Positions 19,532 through 28,781 are shown, counted from the first letter of the stretch. The stretch: DNA of 64,000 nt from an uncultured virus (IMG/VR IMGVR_UViG_3300024999_000087) (IMGVR_UViG_3300024999_000087), one strand, 5' to 3'. Numbers and translations: made by a program. The notes: generated by a model from the sequence alone, not told the origin.

Positions 19532-20634
19532 GCGCAATCGTTAGAGAAAAACCGAAAGGTTCAGGCCACTGGTACGTTTTCGTCAATGACCAAGGCCACC
19601 GCCGAGCCGCGAAGATGCCCAATCGCAAGACCGCCGAGGTGATTGCCAAAGAAATCAACGCTGAGATGATCGCCGGGAAATTCAATCTCGGGGCTAAGGA
19701 GGCTGGCACGGTGCGTGAGTATGCTGAACGGTGGATGGAACACTCGACGGTAAAGCCTGCTACCCGCAGCAACTATATCTCTATCCTGACCACCCACATT
19801 TACCCCAAGTTTGCAGATAAGCCAGTAGATCAGATCAAGCGAGGAGATGTTAAAGACTTCCTGAAGAAGAAAATCAAGGACGGACTGAGCTTGTCCACAG
19901 CCAAGAATATCAAGGCGGCACTCTACAATATATTTGAAACCGCGCTGGATGATGAGGCTATCCCCTCAAACCCTGCAAGTCGGGTCGGTGAACTGGTAGC
20001 GAGGAATCAGAAGGCGCACACTACCGGCAAGGCTGGCTTCTTCGCCCCGGAAGAACTGACTAAATTGCTAAACGCTTTTCTCAAGTATCGACCGCAACAC
20101 TACTTACTTGCGTTGTTATTGGCACGTACAGGTATGAGGGTTGGGGAGGCTGTAGCGCTGCAATGGCGCGACTGCAACTTCGACACTAAGCAGATATCAG
20201 TGAGACGGGCGAAATCGAGGACGGTCATTGACACTACCAAATCAGGCAAGGATCGCCAGGTGGATATGTCAGACCAACTCTCCACAGAGTTGCGAAAGAA
20301 GCGCACCGAGGCCGTTTCTGAATCACTCAGGACTGGGAAAAGGTCAGATTATATATTCGTCGGAAGGACAAGTGCGACGCTCGACCCTACTGCATGGCGT
20401 AAGCGCAACTTCGATCCGATGTGCGAAAAGGCGGGACTGGGGAAAAGGTTGGTGAAGGATCTCCGGCATACTTATGCATCATTACTCCTGTACCACGGCA
20501 AGAGCCTGAAATATGTTCAGCAGCAACTCGGCCACCACTCGATCAAGATTACGGCAGACACGTACTCACATCTTATCAAGAACCCGGAGCATGGGACGGT
20601 TAATGTGCTGGACGATGTAGCGGAGGGGGAGTGA
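19528..20634 (+). CDS. int: Tyrosine integrase
   Basis: TGMRVGEAVAL, KDLRHTYAS, LGHHSIKITADTYSH; GGAGG RBS; adjacent att core. Confidence 0.96.
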   Translation: MSAIVREKPKGSGHWYVFVNDQGHRRAAKMPNRKTAEVIAKEINAEMIAGKFNLGAKEAGTVREYAERWMEHSTVKPATRSNYISILTTHIYPKFADKPVDQIKRGDVKDFLKKKIKDGLSLSTAKNIKAALYNIFETALDDEAIPSNPASRVGELVARNQKAHTTGKAGFFAPEELTKLLNAFLKYRPQHYLLALLLARTGMRVGEAVALQWRDCNFDTKQISVRRAKSRTVIDTTKSGKDRQVDMSDQLSTELRKKRTEAVSESLRTGKRSDYIFVGRTSATLDPTAWRKRNFDPMCEKAGLGKRLVKDLRHTYASLLLYHGKSLKYVQQQLGHHSIKITADTYSHLIKNPEHGTVNVLDDVAEGE

Positions 20635-20670
20635 ACTGCAATGCAACCTCCCGCGTCTATCCGCAACCGG

Positions 20671-20714
20671 AAAAGTAAAAAGGGTTCTCAGATTGCTCTG
20701 GAACCCTTAGTTTT
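20671..20714. terminator. Intrinsic terminator, probably bidirectional
   Basis: Stem AAGGGTTC/GAACCCTT (20680-20708) with A-run left and T-run right; lies 3' of both int and the tRNA fragment. Confidence 0.7.
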
Positions 20715-20716
20715 AC

Positions 20717-20761
20717 TGGAGCCAATATGCGGAATCGAACCGCAGACCTACTGATTACGAA
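20717..20761 (-). other. attP core = 3' half of tRNA-Thr(CGT)
   Basis: Minus strand TTCGTAA TCAGT AGGTC TGCGG TTCGATT CCGCA TATTGGC T CCA: anticodon loop, T arm, acceptor strand and CCA; no 5' half. Confidence 0.9.
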
Positions 20762-20790
20762 AGAGTTGTCCTCATTTTGGCTACTTATAA

Positions 20791-20803
20791 TATCAAGCGG
20801 TTA
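20791..20803 (+). promoter_or_regulatory. IHF site in attP arm
   Basis: TATCAAGCGGTTA matches WATCAANNNNTTR exactly. Confidence 0.6.
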
Positions 20804-20883
20804 CGTGTTTCGGCAAATCACTTATATTGTTAGGAATCTGCCACTTTCTTGACCAATCTGCAACTGGATGCGACCAAATTAAC

Positions 20884-21462
20884 TCAGGTTGACTTGTTAG
20901 GGACCAATGCGGCGATTTTCTTTTTTACCCAATCCTCACCTTTCTGCGAGACGAGATAATTGTATGCTGTAGAGTCTTCGTTGCACTCGTTCCACCCTAC
21001 TTCTACCTCACTCTCAAATCTGATCATTGCCGCAGTTATTTTGTCGTTAAACAGGCCAAGGTTTATACCCTTGTTGTCAACTTTTATTTGTGCGCCCCAC
21101 TTGCCGCTTCGCTTATCATAGTGAACGCCCCTAACCCCCGACGTATTTTTTGCAGAGACTTTTGAATTTCGGAGATTGCACTTCTGCGTAACTTCTCTTA
21201 GGTTCTCGATCCTGTTATCATCTTTTATGTGATTGATATGGTCAACCACATTCTCAGGGAGATACCCATGATGCCAGAGCCAGACGATTCGATGGACCCT
21301 GTATTCTTTCTTGTCAATCTTAACCAGCACATACCCTTCGTTGTGCCGTCTTGTTATGACCTCCCCTTTCCTCGCCGTGGGACTGGTACTAACCCTCCGC
21401 ACCAGCACACCATCCTCCCGATAATCGAACAACTCCCGTACTCGTTCCTGCGTCAGTTTCAT
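20884..21462 (-). CDS. HNH homing endonuclease (copy 3, more divergent)
   Basis: VHRIVW..HHG..VDHINHIKDDNRIENLRE; NTSGVRGV. Confidence 0.92.
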   Translation of the reverse strand: MKLTQERVRELFDYREDGVLVRRVSTSPTARKGEVITRRHNEGYVLVKIDKKEYRVHRIVWLWHHGYLPENVVDHINHIKDDNRIENLREVTQKCNLRNSKVSAKNTSGVRGVHYDKRSGKWGAQIKVDNKGINLGLFNDKITAAMIRFESEVEVGWNECNEDSTAYNYLVSQKGEDWVKKKIAALVPNKST

Positions 21463-21559
21463 TTCACCTCACTCGTTGAATTAATCTTGCAGCGCAACCG
21501 AGTACATTTTTGACCACCATCCGCACATATCTGCACACGAATGAACATGGTTGCGCATG

Positions 21560-21874
21560 TTAGGAAGCATCCTTCATTTTTCGCACATTTTTTATTATTG
21601 CCACAACTTCATCTTTGTCCTGTCCTGTCTTTGTCAGAAAATAGTCTATGATATCTGAGTCGGTTATTATTTCTCCTGAGCACAGGTCACACCTTACCGC
21701 AGCATCTTCACCATAGTCAGTTTCACCATCTTCCCCGACCTCACCGTTTTTCTCAACCTGTGCTTCATGGCATTCTTCACAAAGTCTTGCCCCGCAGTTG
21801 TCACACCATCCGAAATTTCCGCAGTCATTGAATATTACTCCGCATATGCTGCAATTGTAATAGTCTACCCCCAT
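21560..21874 (-). CDS. Cys-rich hypothetical protein
   Basis: MGVDYYNCSICG..., several CxxC. Confidence 0.6.
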   Translation of the reverse strand: MGVDYYNCSICGVIFNDCGNFGWCDNCGARLCEECHEAQVEKNGEVGEDGETDYGEDAAVRCDLCSGEIITDSDIIDYFLTKTGQDKDEVVAIIKNVRKMKDAS

Positions 21875-21875
21875 A

Positions 21876-22160
21876 TCACACCTCGCTCGTTGAATTAACC
21901 CCCATAATAGCCGCAACAACAGCATCCACCCCCACATCACCCCACCGCCCAGGCAGCAACTTCCGCACGGCATCGGCGCATTGCTGGCGGGTGGGTTCGG
22001 CGCGGGTGTTCCATGCTGAGATGGCCTTATCCGGTGTACTATCAATTGGCCCTTCTGCCCCACAACCCTCACAAGTTATCCAGTATATCCCTCCCCCTGC
22101 TGACACTTCGGTTTTTATATCATCACCGCCGCAAAACGGGCATTCCCTCAGTTCCATCAT
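21876..22160 (-). CDS. Lar-family restriction alleviation protein
   Basis: LRECPFCGG...CEGCGA...AISAWNTR. Confidence 0.8.
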   Translation of the reverse strand: MMELRECPFCGGDDIKTEVSAGGGIYWITCEGCGAEGPIDSTPDKAISAWNTRAEPTRQQCADAVRKLLPGRWGDVGVDAVVAAIMGVNSTSEV

Positions 22161-22725
22161 CACACCTCCGAAGTTAACTGGCTTTAATCTCGATGCCAAG
22201 GCACAGGTCTTTGTCGCTGTAGCCAATATCATCAAATTCTAAATAGGTGTATTGCGTTTGAAACGGGTAAGGGTAGGCCATTTCGGCCAATCTCTCCGGG
22301 GAAAGCCTTGTTCTTACACGCAGATCAATCTTAAAGGCATCATCAAGGCCATTGGTTATTCTTCTGAAATCACCAAGAGTTTTAATTATCATTTTGCCAC
22401 CTCCGAAGTTGTCCGGCATCACCGGGGGATGTGGGTCTTCCACCCACTTGCTATCATTGGTTATAACTTCCTCTTTCTCTCAGTCCCCTGTTGTAACCAA
22501 ATATCAATGCCAGGGTCGAAAAATGTCACCGAGCTATTGTTGGCAAAAAAAGAAAACTTGAAAGGATGAACCTTGCTATACTCCCATTCTTTTTTATTCT
22601 TGGGAAGTTCTGGGTCTTCTATGACATGCACTATCACAAGGTCGCCAGGATTTACAAAAATATTTCGTACCGCCATCCCATCCTCCGTTAAAGTAATTGC
22701 CATGCCCTTCTACTATTCACCTAAA

Positions 22726-22761
22726 ATAATACTTGCCTATCACAAAAAAATCAAGTATATT
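22726..22761. promoter_or_regulatory. Overlapping bidirectional sigma70-type promoter
   Basis: Plus TTGCCT-17-TATATT (22733-22761); minus TTGATT-17-TATTAT (22754-22726); inverted repeat ATACTTG/CAAGTAT. Confidence 0.7.
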
Positions 22762-22789
22762 TTACGTATGATAATAAAAAAGGAGGCGC

Positions 22790-22957
22790 ATGAAAAAGAA
22801 AGCAATCACAGAAACCACCTGCCTTGAGTGCGTATGCCAGCGCTGCGGCCACAGGTGGATAGCGCGGGGCACGACCGCTCCTAAACTCTGCCCCAATCAA
22901 CGCTGCCACAGTCCTAATTGGACTACGCCGAAGAAGGTTAAAAAGGAGGAAAAATGA
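22790..22957 (+). CDS. 55-aa zinc-ribbon protein (absent from the ORF track)
   Basis: AGGAGG RBS; CQRCGHRW...PKLCPNQRCHSPNW; ATGA overlap with next gene. Confidence 0.75.
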   Translation: MKKKAITETTCLECVCQRCGHRWIARGTTAPKLCPNQRCHSPNWTTPKKVKKEEK

Positions 22958-23186
22958 AACGCCTGAAGATAGCAAACGGTACGCACTGGCCCGACCCGTC
23001 CGACAAGGCATACCACGACATCGCATGGCGGATGATCCACCACCCTGAATCAGTCACAGCGGCAGACATGATGTGTGTTGTGCCGGTATTTGAGGCATAC
23101 GACAATCTCATCCTGCACCCTGCATTCACGCTGAAAGAGGTGGGTAAGATTGTATCGGGGATTCGCAAGGCTATAGGGGGGAAGAA

Positions 23187-23621
23187 ATGAACATCGAAGC
23201 AAGGGTTACAATATCACGCTCATCTGATAACATGATACGGATAGCCGTAGAGTGCGACAGTTCGCACACAAGGTTTGTCGAGGTAAAGATGGACTGTGAG
23301 GGTTTCGCCAAGGCTATTACTGGGCAGGGATTTATTCATTGCACGGCAGAGGTTCGGGGGCTTGATTTCGTCGGCAAGAAGAGGATTGTGGAGAGAAGAC
23401 GGGTGCAAGCGCCTAACCTTGGATATGGCCGTCAGGAGTATGAATCGTGGCTTGCTAACAATTACAAGGAAGAGGGATGGATTGTTAATTCGTATCTCGG
23501 TTCGCAGGGGAGTATATCGTATGATGGTGTAATGAGATTTCTGAACTTCTCTGTGGAGAGATATGAGGATGCTGTTGAGGGGAGAAGCCATGAAGTACGA
23601 GAAGAAAGGATGATGCTATGA
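23187..23621 (+). CDS. hypothetical protein
   Basis: ATGA overlaps at both ends. Confidence 0.6.
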   Translation: MNIEARVTISRSSDNMIRIAVECDSSHTRFVEVKMDCEGFAKAITGQGFIHCTAEVRGLDFVGKKRIVERRRVQAPNLGYGRQEYESWLANNYKEEGWIVNSYLGSQGSISYDGVMRFLNFSVERYEDAVEGRSHEVREERMML

Positions 23622-24550
23622 GTCAGGAATTTACAGGCAGCATTGTTCTGTATGCAGATGACTGTATACGGCTGCATGGCTGGAATATCAGCCGTGGAAA
23701 TCCAGTGCTCGTAATCCCTCCCCACGCTGGAAGACATGGGTGCATTGTCCAGCGATTGATAGATGCTGTGGTTTCTTGCAACAGGGCCGTATTCGCCATG
23801 GAACTGTTACCAGCGACCTATAAGACCTGCAAGTTGGATGTGGCTGGCCTGATAGAAAAAATGGAAACCTGTGTAGAAACGATAGGCAACGAGCCCATAG
23901 ATATTGTGGGGGTATGCCAAGGTGGGTGGCTGGCGGCTATCTTCATTTCTCTGCACCCTGAAACAGCAAAGTCCTTCTCTATGTTCGCATCACCCATCAA
24001 CACGAAAACTGGTGAAGATAACTCAATAGAAGACTACTGCTCTAAAGGGTCTTTGGATTACCATAAGATGACAGTAGCCCTTAATGGTGGAATACAATTA
24101 GGGAGCTTACAGTGGTTAGCCTTTGCTATCTCCAATCCTGTACCAACATTTTACACGAGGTATTACAATCTTTACGTACACTTTCTTAGGGGTGATTCTA
24201 AGAAAATAGACAAGTGGATTGCCGAAAATAGTTGGTACGACAGTCCCATTGATTTACATGGTGGATGGTTTATAGAGGCTTTGGATAATCATTTTTTCAA
24301 TAACCGATTGTATGACGGTACTTGGGTTCTCTCGGATGGCCGTGTACCAGAACTGAAGAATATCACGTGCCCACTCTATATCTATACCGGGGATGACGAC
24401 CAGATCACCCATCCGAAACAATCTATGGATATTATGAACAAGGTTTCCTCAAAGGATATTAGTACCAAGAGCTTCGAGAATGCCGGACATACTGCGGTAT
24501 TTACTCGCGGGGGGTGTATTGATTATTTTACAAGTGAGGTTCTTGGATGA
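23618..24550 (+). CDS. PHA depolymerase/synthase-like alpha/beta hydrolase
   Basis: VLVIPPHAG, Cys lipase box GVCQGG, ASPINT, GDDDQIT, AGHTAVF (Cys-Asp-His triad). Confidence 0.8.
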   Translation: MSQEFTGSIVLYADDCIRLHGWNISRGNPVLVIPPHAGRHGCIVQRLIDAVVSCNRAVFAMELLPATYKTCKLDVAGLIEKMETCVETIGNEPIDIVGVCQGGWLAAIFISLHPETAKSFSMFASPINTKTGEDNSIEDYCSKGSLDYHKMTVALNGGIQLGSLQWLAFAISNPVPTFYTRYYNLYVHFLRGDSKKIDKWIAENSWYDSPIDLHGGWFIEALDNHFFNNRLYDGTWVLSDGRVPELKNITCPLYIYTGDDDQITHPKQSMDIMNKVSSKDISTKSFENAGHTAVFTRGGCIDYFTSEVLG

Positions 24551-24828
24551 AAATCATGGCGGAGATTGATGTACCGGATGGGAATGAGTGCGATGGATGC
24601 CGACGACTTTACAAAGATCACTTCAACGGGGATCGGTGTTCGGTATTTAATGACCATCTCGGAAATCCATTACGTATCAAAGAAAGCTACAAATGCGCCC
24701 AGTGCCGCGCCGCAGCGGTTAAGGAGGATGAGGACAACATAATCGAGTGTCCAAGTTGTGGCGCTGATTGGGATATTGGCACTTACGCAGGGTGTAAGTG
24801 TGGGGCAAGTATAGTGAAGGAGTAAGCC

Positions 24829-25269
24829 ATGATAACCAGAGCCTTGATAGTCAAGAAGGAGTGGCTCGACCTCATCCTCTCAGGTGAAAAAACGTGGGAG
24901 ATGCGGAGTGCGCCTACGAAGATCCGGGGGAGGATTGGGTTGATTGAGTCTGGTAGCGGGCTGATTGTGGGTGATGTTTATTTAGTTGGTAGCACGTTCC
25001 CGCTGAATAGCAGGCGTGACGCAATGATGGCCATTAAATATCACCAAGTTTCCGACTATGGACTACTTGAAAAATGGAAATACCCGTGGATAATGATCAA
25101 TGCCAAGCGATACGACAATCCCATCCCGTACAATCATCCAAAGGGCGCTGTCGTTTGGGTTAAGGTGGAAATTCCAGAATGCAAGTGCGACCTACGCACC
25201 AAGTTAGTCGGTGACGGTTGCTCGGTATGCAATCCAGAATATTATGCTGATATGCTGAAGGAGGATTAG
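24829..25269 (+). CDS. ASCH-domain protein
   Basis: LILSGEKTWEMR...RGRIGLI...GAVVW. Confidence 0.88.
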   Translation: MITRALIVKKEWLDLILSGEKTWEMRSAPTKIRGRIGLIESGSGLIVGDVYLVGSTFPLNSRRDAMMAIKYHQVSDYGLLEKWKYPWIMINAKRYDNPIPYNHPKGAVVWVKVEIPECKCDLRTKLVGDGCSVCNPEYYADMLKED

Positions 25270-25634
25270 TGATGGTAGACAGATACAGGTTTAGCACAGA
25301 AGCCGAGGAATATGTTTTGGCTACAGACTATGATGCCCTGTATGAGAAGTATCGAGATAAGACTAAGGAGGCGCAACGGTGGAATAGCGCACATGCTGAC
25401 ATGGCAAGGCGCAATAGGTTATTCATCGAAAGGCTAGACATGCCGGTTGAGCGCATCAAGGCACACGGGGAATTGGTGAAGTTGCAGCAGGACTACGCCG
25501 CACTCCAATCATCGCGCCAGGAGTTACTGGCTGCGTTCAAGTCATACATGTACCACAGCCAGTTGCTATATCCAAGGATGAAGAAGGAATTTCAAGAGGC
25601 AATCGCCAGGGCTGAAGCACTGGGGGTGGAGTGA
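25269..25634 (+). CDS. hypothetical coiled-coil protein
   Basis: Operon packing; YV...DY pattern. Confidence 0.55.
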   Translation: MMVDRYRFSTEAEEYVLATDYDALYEKYRDKTKEAQRWNSAHADMARRNRLFIERLDMPVERIKAHGELVKLQQDYAALQSSRQELLAAFKSYMYHSQLLYPRMKKEFQEAIARAEALGVE

Positions 25635-26309
25635 TGAGCATACTAATGACAATCCGGCAACTCCTGTGCATCCACCATAAGTGGATTAATTATTCAGGGC
25701 ATGGCGGCCAGCATCGGGTCTGCGAGAAATGCAAGAAAGAGCAGGTTATGGTTAAACTGCCGGGGAGAGACGGGGTTTGGGTGGAGTATCGACGGGAGGA
25801 ATGGTGATGAGTGAATATTTTGCTTCGTATGAGAAAAGTGTTGAGGCGATAGTAACCCGCACTCGACACACAGTTAGGATGAGGATCAATGCGAGGGCTG
25901 TTGATATCAGGGCTGCGCTTTCCGAAGTGCCGGATAACGCCATATTGACAATCGTAAATGGCGATGAGGATACTGGGAGTGAGGATATTCAGTATGGTGA
26001 GATGTATTTTGATGAGGAACAAGCCCAATGATGGTAGCTATTTGGCTTTACATCTCATTAATAACCCTGCTTGGCATGTACTGCTTTTGGTTGTGGTGGG
26101 ATGCTGAGTGCCAAAATGTATGGGTTGGGTATCTCTGTCTTTCCCTTCTACTTAACGCCTGGGGCACGTTCTGTTTTACATGGGGGACGATTCTGTGAAC
26201 GACTGGAAGTGGTTCATCTGGTATCTAGCCGGCGTAACAGTGCTGACCTTGCTTGTCGCGGGGCTTGTTGGCTTGTCGAGGTTGATATTGGGGTGATCTG
26301 TTTGTTAGG

Positions 26310-26796
26310 CAAAGCTACCCCTACCCCGATTTTCTTGATGGTTCCTAGGGAGAGATGTTACACTCCTGTAGTCCCAAAAAGAGCCGCAAGAGGTGTAAGC
26401 GGCAACCATTGCTGGTGACTGACTTCGTTTATCGCGCCGGAGTATTTTTCGTGGACTATCCCTTGTCCCATATCCACCGATGATATCAATCGAACTGATA
26501 TCTGCCGTGGTCGCGTTCCCATCAAGTGCCAAAAAGCTTCTTTCGGCGGCGCGTGTATCGTGTGGGACCGGGGCAAGTCCCGAAGCCAATTCTTCTCGCC
26601 AATTGCACAGGTTACTTTTTTGGCTGGCGGGCCGGGGCAGATTAAGAACGCTGAATAAGAAAAACCCCTGTCGAACGACGCTTTCCAATTAATCCTGGCG
26701 GAAGAAATAAACTACTGGAAAATGTCGCCAACAGGGGCGTATATGATTCGTGTCTATTTTATCTTCCGCCAGAAAGAAAGTCAAGTATCATTTGAC
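26310..26796 (-). ncRNA. Candidate large structured non-coding RNA
   Basis: Own promoter; many nested stems with G-U pairs valid on the minus strand; no credible ORF. Confidence 0.55.
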
Positions 26797-26802
26797 CCTT
26801 AT

Positions 26803-26831
26803 ATTATAACACGAATAGAGAAACCTAGCAA
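26803..26831 (-). promoter_or_regulatory. sigma70-type promoter
   Basis: TTGCTA-17-TATAAT with TGn. Confidence 0.7.
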
Positions 26832-26859
26832 GTAAATTCAGCAGAAAGGTGAAAATAAA

Positions 26860-27180
26860 ATGAAGGATGAAATTAAGGTTGTGGTCTTCAGTGATGAGTC
26901 ATGTGAATACGATTTGCCGGGTAACCCGAAAGAGTTCTTGAAATGGTGGCAGGATAAGTTTGACTTGGTGCCTGCTGAATATTGGGATGTGGCTACAGTA
27001 GATTGCTCAACCACCGTCTCTTATGACTGCTCTCGGCTTGACATTGAAATTTATTACTATAGGACCGAGACGGACGAAGAGGAAGCAGCCAGACTAGAGA
27101 AAGAAGAGGATAGGCGCAAGTTTATCGAGGCACAGGAGTTGCGCCAGTTTGAAAAACTCAAGGCTAAGTATGGTGGATGA
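26860..27180 (+). CDS. hypothetical protein
   Basis: ETDEE...FEKLKAKY C-terminus common in phage proteins. Confidence 0.6.
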   Translation: MKDEIKVVVFSDESCEYDLPGNPKEFLKWWQDKFDLVPAEYWDVATVDCSTTVSYDCSRLDIEIYYYRTETDEEEAARLEKEEDRRKFIEAQELRQFEKLKAKYGG

Positions 27181-27187
27181 TAGATGA

Positions 27188-27676
27188 TTAATCACTATCC
27201 TCAGCACCATACCTAAGGTTACGCGCCATCCGTTTCATCCACCCCCGACCAGCACTGCCCCAGTTGCGGAGGTCGGTCATAAACTCTATCCGGTTGGCGA
27301 TGAGGATCATAATCAAATCAGATTCGCTCAGTGCCCCTATGCGAGCGATTGTGACCGGGCCGACTACTCCATCGTCTTTAACTCCTAACTCGCGCTGTAG
27401 GCGCTTTATGGCTGTTTTAGGGCCGGAATTGACACCGAAGTCGAACAACTGAAACGCCACTCCGTCATGGTATTTATCCCAGTGCAACGGGGTTAGGTAA
27501 TCGCGCTTGTATATCTCAGCGGCTTCCTCAACGGTCAGGTTGGCAATATCTAGGTGGGGGTAGGATCGCTTGCTTACCCCCCACCTGGTTTCTCCACCGG
27601 GGTCTGAAGGATCGTCAGAGTATCCGCCCTCGTGTCCCAGTATGCGGATGAGCCATTTCTCTACTGTATCAGCCAT
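27188..27676 (-). CDS. Endolysin, glycoside hydrolase family 108 with PG-binding domain
   Basis: HEGGYSDDPSDPGGETRWGV, FDFGVNSG, DGVVGPVT, GRGWMKR. Confidence 0.95.
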   Translation of the reverse strand: MADTVEKWLIRILGHEGGYSDDPSDPGGETRWGVSKRSYPHLDIANLTVEEAAEIYKRDYLTPLHWDKYHDGVAFQLFDFGVNSGPKTAIKRLQRELGVKDDGVVGPVTIARIGALSESDLIMILIANRIEFMTDLRNWGSAGRGWMKRMARNLRYGAEDSD

Positions 27677-27685
27677 CTATCACGC

Positions 27686-27970
27686 TCAGGGTATTTTTAT
27701 TCCAAAGAAGGTAAGCAGCAGGAACATAACGAAAGCAACCCCCAGGACCGCGCCGACACTTTTAAAAGTTGACCACTTCACTTCCTGAAGGCGTTTCAAT
27801 GTAGCAATCAATTCTTTCAGGAACTGGTGTTGCGCTTCGTGATCTTTCCAGTATTCCTCATCGTCGCACAGTTTACACACCCCGTCACTGTGCCTGATAT
27901 ATGATGCAATCGCCGCCCTCGCCGCCCTTTCCGCAATCTCGTCAATCTGCTCTGTGGTCATCGTGTCCAT
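27686..27970 (-). CDS. Putative holin/antiholin (C-terminal TM)
   Basis: Single C-terminal hydrophobic helix, directly upstream of endolysin. Confidence 0.45.
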   Translation of the reverse strand: MDTMTTEQIDEIAERAARAAIASYIRHSDGVCKLCDDEEYWKDHEAQHQFLKELIATLKRLQEVKWSTFKSVGAVLGVAFVMFLLLTFFGIKIP

Positions 27971-27982
27971 ACCGGAAGAGGG

Positions 27983-28219
27983 TTATTTCGTCGTCGTCTT
28001 GAACACGCCGTATTTGTTGGCTAAATCGACCAGCGTAGCAATTACTTTCTCGATGGTGGGCATGGCCTCTTTAGCCCCTTCGTAAGTCGATTCGATAATC
28101 TGGCGGATGACTGCGAGTTTGTCCTTGCCTGCACCAGACGCAGGAATAAACTCTTCCAGGGATTTGATAGCCGCGATGATGGAGGGGATTAGTTGCATTA
28201 CGAGCAGTAAGTATTTCAT
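27983..28219 (-). CDS. small lysis-region protein
   Basis: G.GKDKL motif, amphipathic N-terminus. Confidence 0.45.
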   Translation of the reverse strand: MKYLLLVMQLIPSIIAAIKSLEEFIPASGAGKDKLAVIRQIIESTYEGAKEAMPTIEKVIATLVDLANKYGVFKTTTK

Positions 28220-28490
28220 TTTTCACCTGTTTCGGTTGAGGTTCTTAGTGATTCTCTTTTCTCTATTTCCTTCTCTACCTCTGCTTTTAACGCCCTGAGA
28301 AAAAGAAGATTGCAATCGTCGGCAAGGTGATTCATTAACTCCCGCGCACCTTCTTCGGCCCATTCTTGGTGCGGCTTCTGGTATATAAGAAAGTCGCTCA
28401 AGGCAATATCAAGACAATCTGAATACTTGTTATATATACTGACCAGCGCAATGGCTTGATGGCCGAGATATATTGGGCCTCTTCGCTCTC

Positions 28491-28781
28491 TCATTTGCCG
28501 ACCTTCTTGGAAGTGGCAAAAGTCAGCACGATATTCACCAGCATCATCACCCCGACAACAGCCTCCGTAGCATAGTCAACCATGGTCTGCCACGGGATGT
28601 CGCTTTGGGGGATCTCCAAACCAGCGGCCCGAGCTGCGGCTGTAAGCGCGACCAGGATGATGCCGACCTTGTTTATTAGTACCTGCCGGTCTTTCCACGC
28701 TGCCGGATCTTTGATTTCCTTGCCTGCCTCCATCGCTTTCTGGAGTGCTGACAGTCCTTTTATTGCGTCAAAAATTCCCAT
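28491..28781 (-). CDS. Putative two-TM holin
   Basis: Two hydrophobic helices, basic C-terminus TSKKVGK. Confidence 0.55.
   Translation of the reverse strand: MGIFDAIKGLSALQKAMEAGKEIKDPAAWKDRQVLINKVGIILVALTAAARAAGLEIPQSDIPWQTMVDYATEAVVGVMMLVNIVLTFATSKKVGK

Noticed and set aside
20717..20761. Functional tRNA-Thr gene
   Set aside because: Only the 3' half is present; D arm and 5' acceptor strand are missing, so it is an att core.
26305..26688. 127-aa minus-strand ORF
   Set aside because: Non-ATG start without clear RBS, atypical composition, coincides with dense base-pairing; better explained as RNA.
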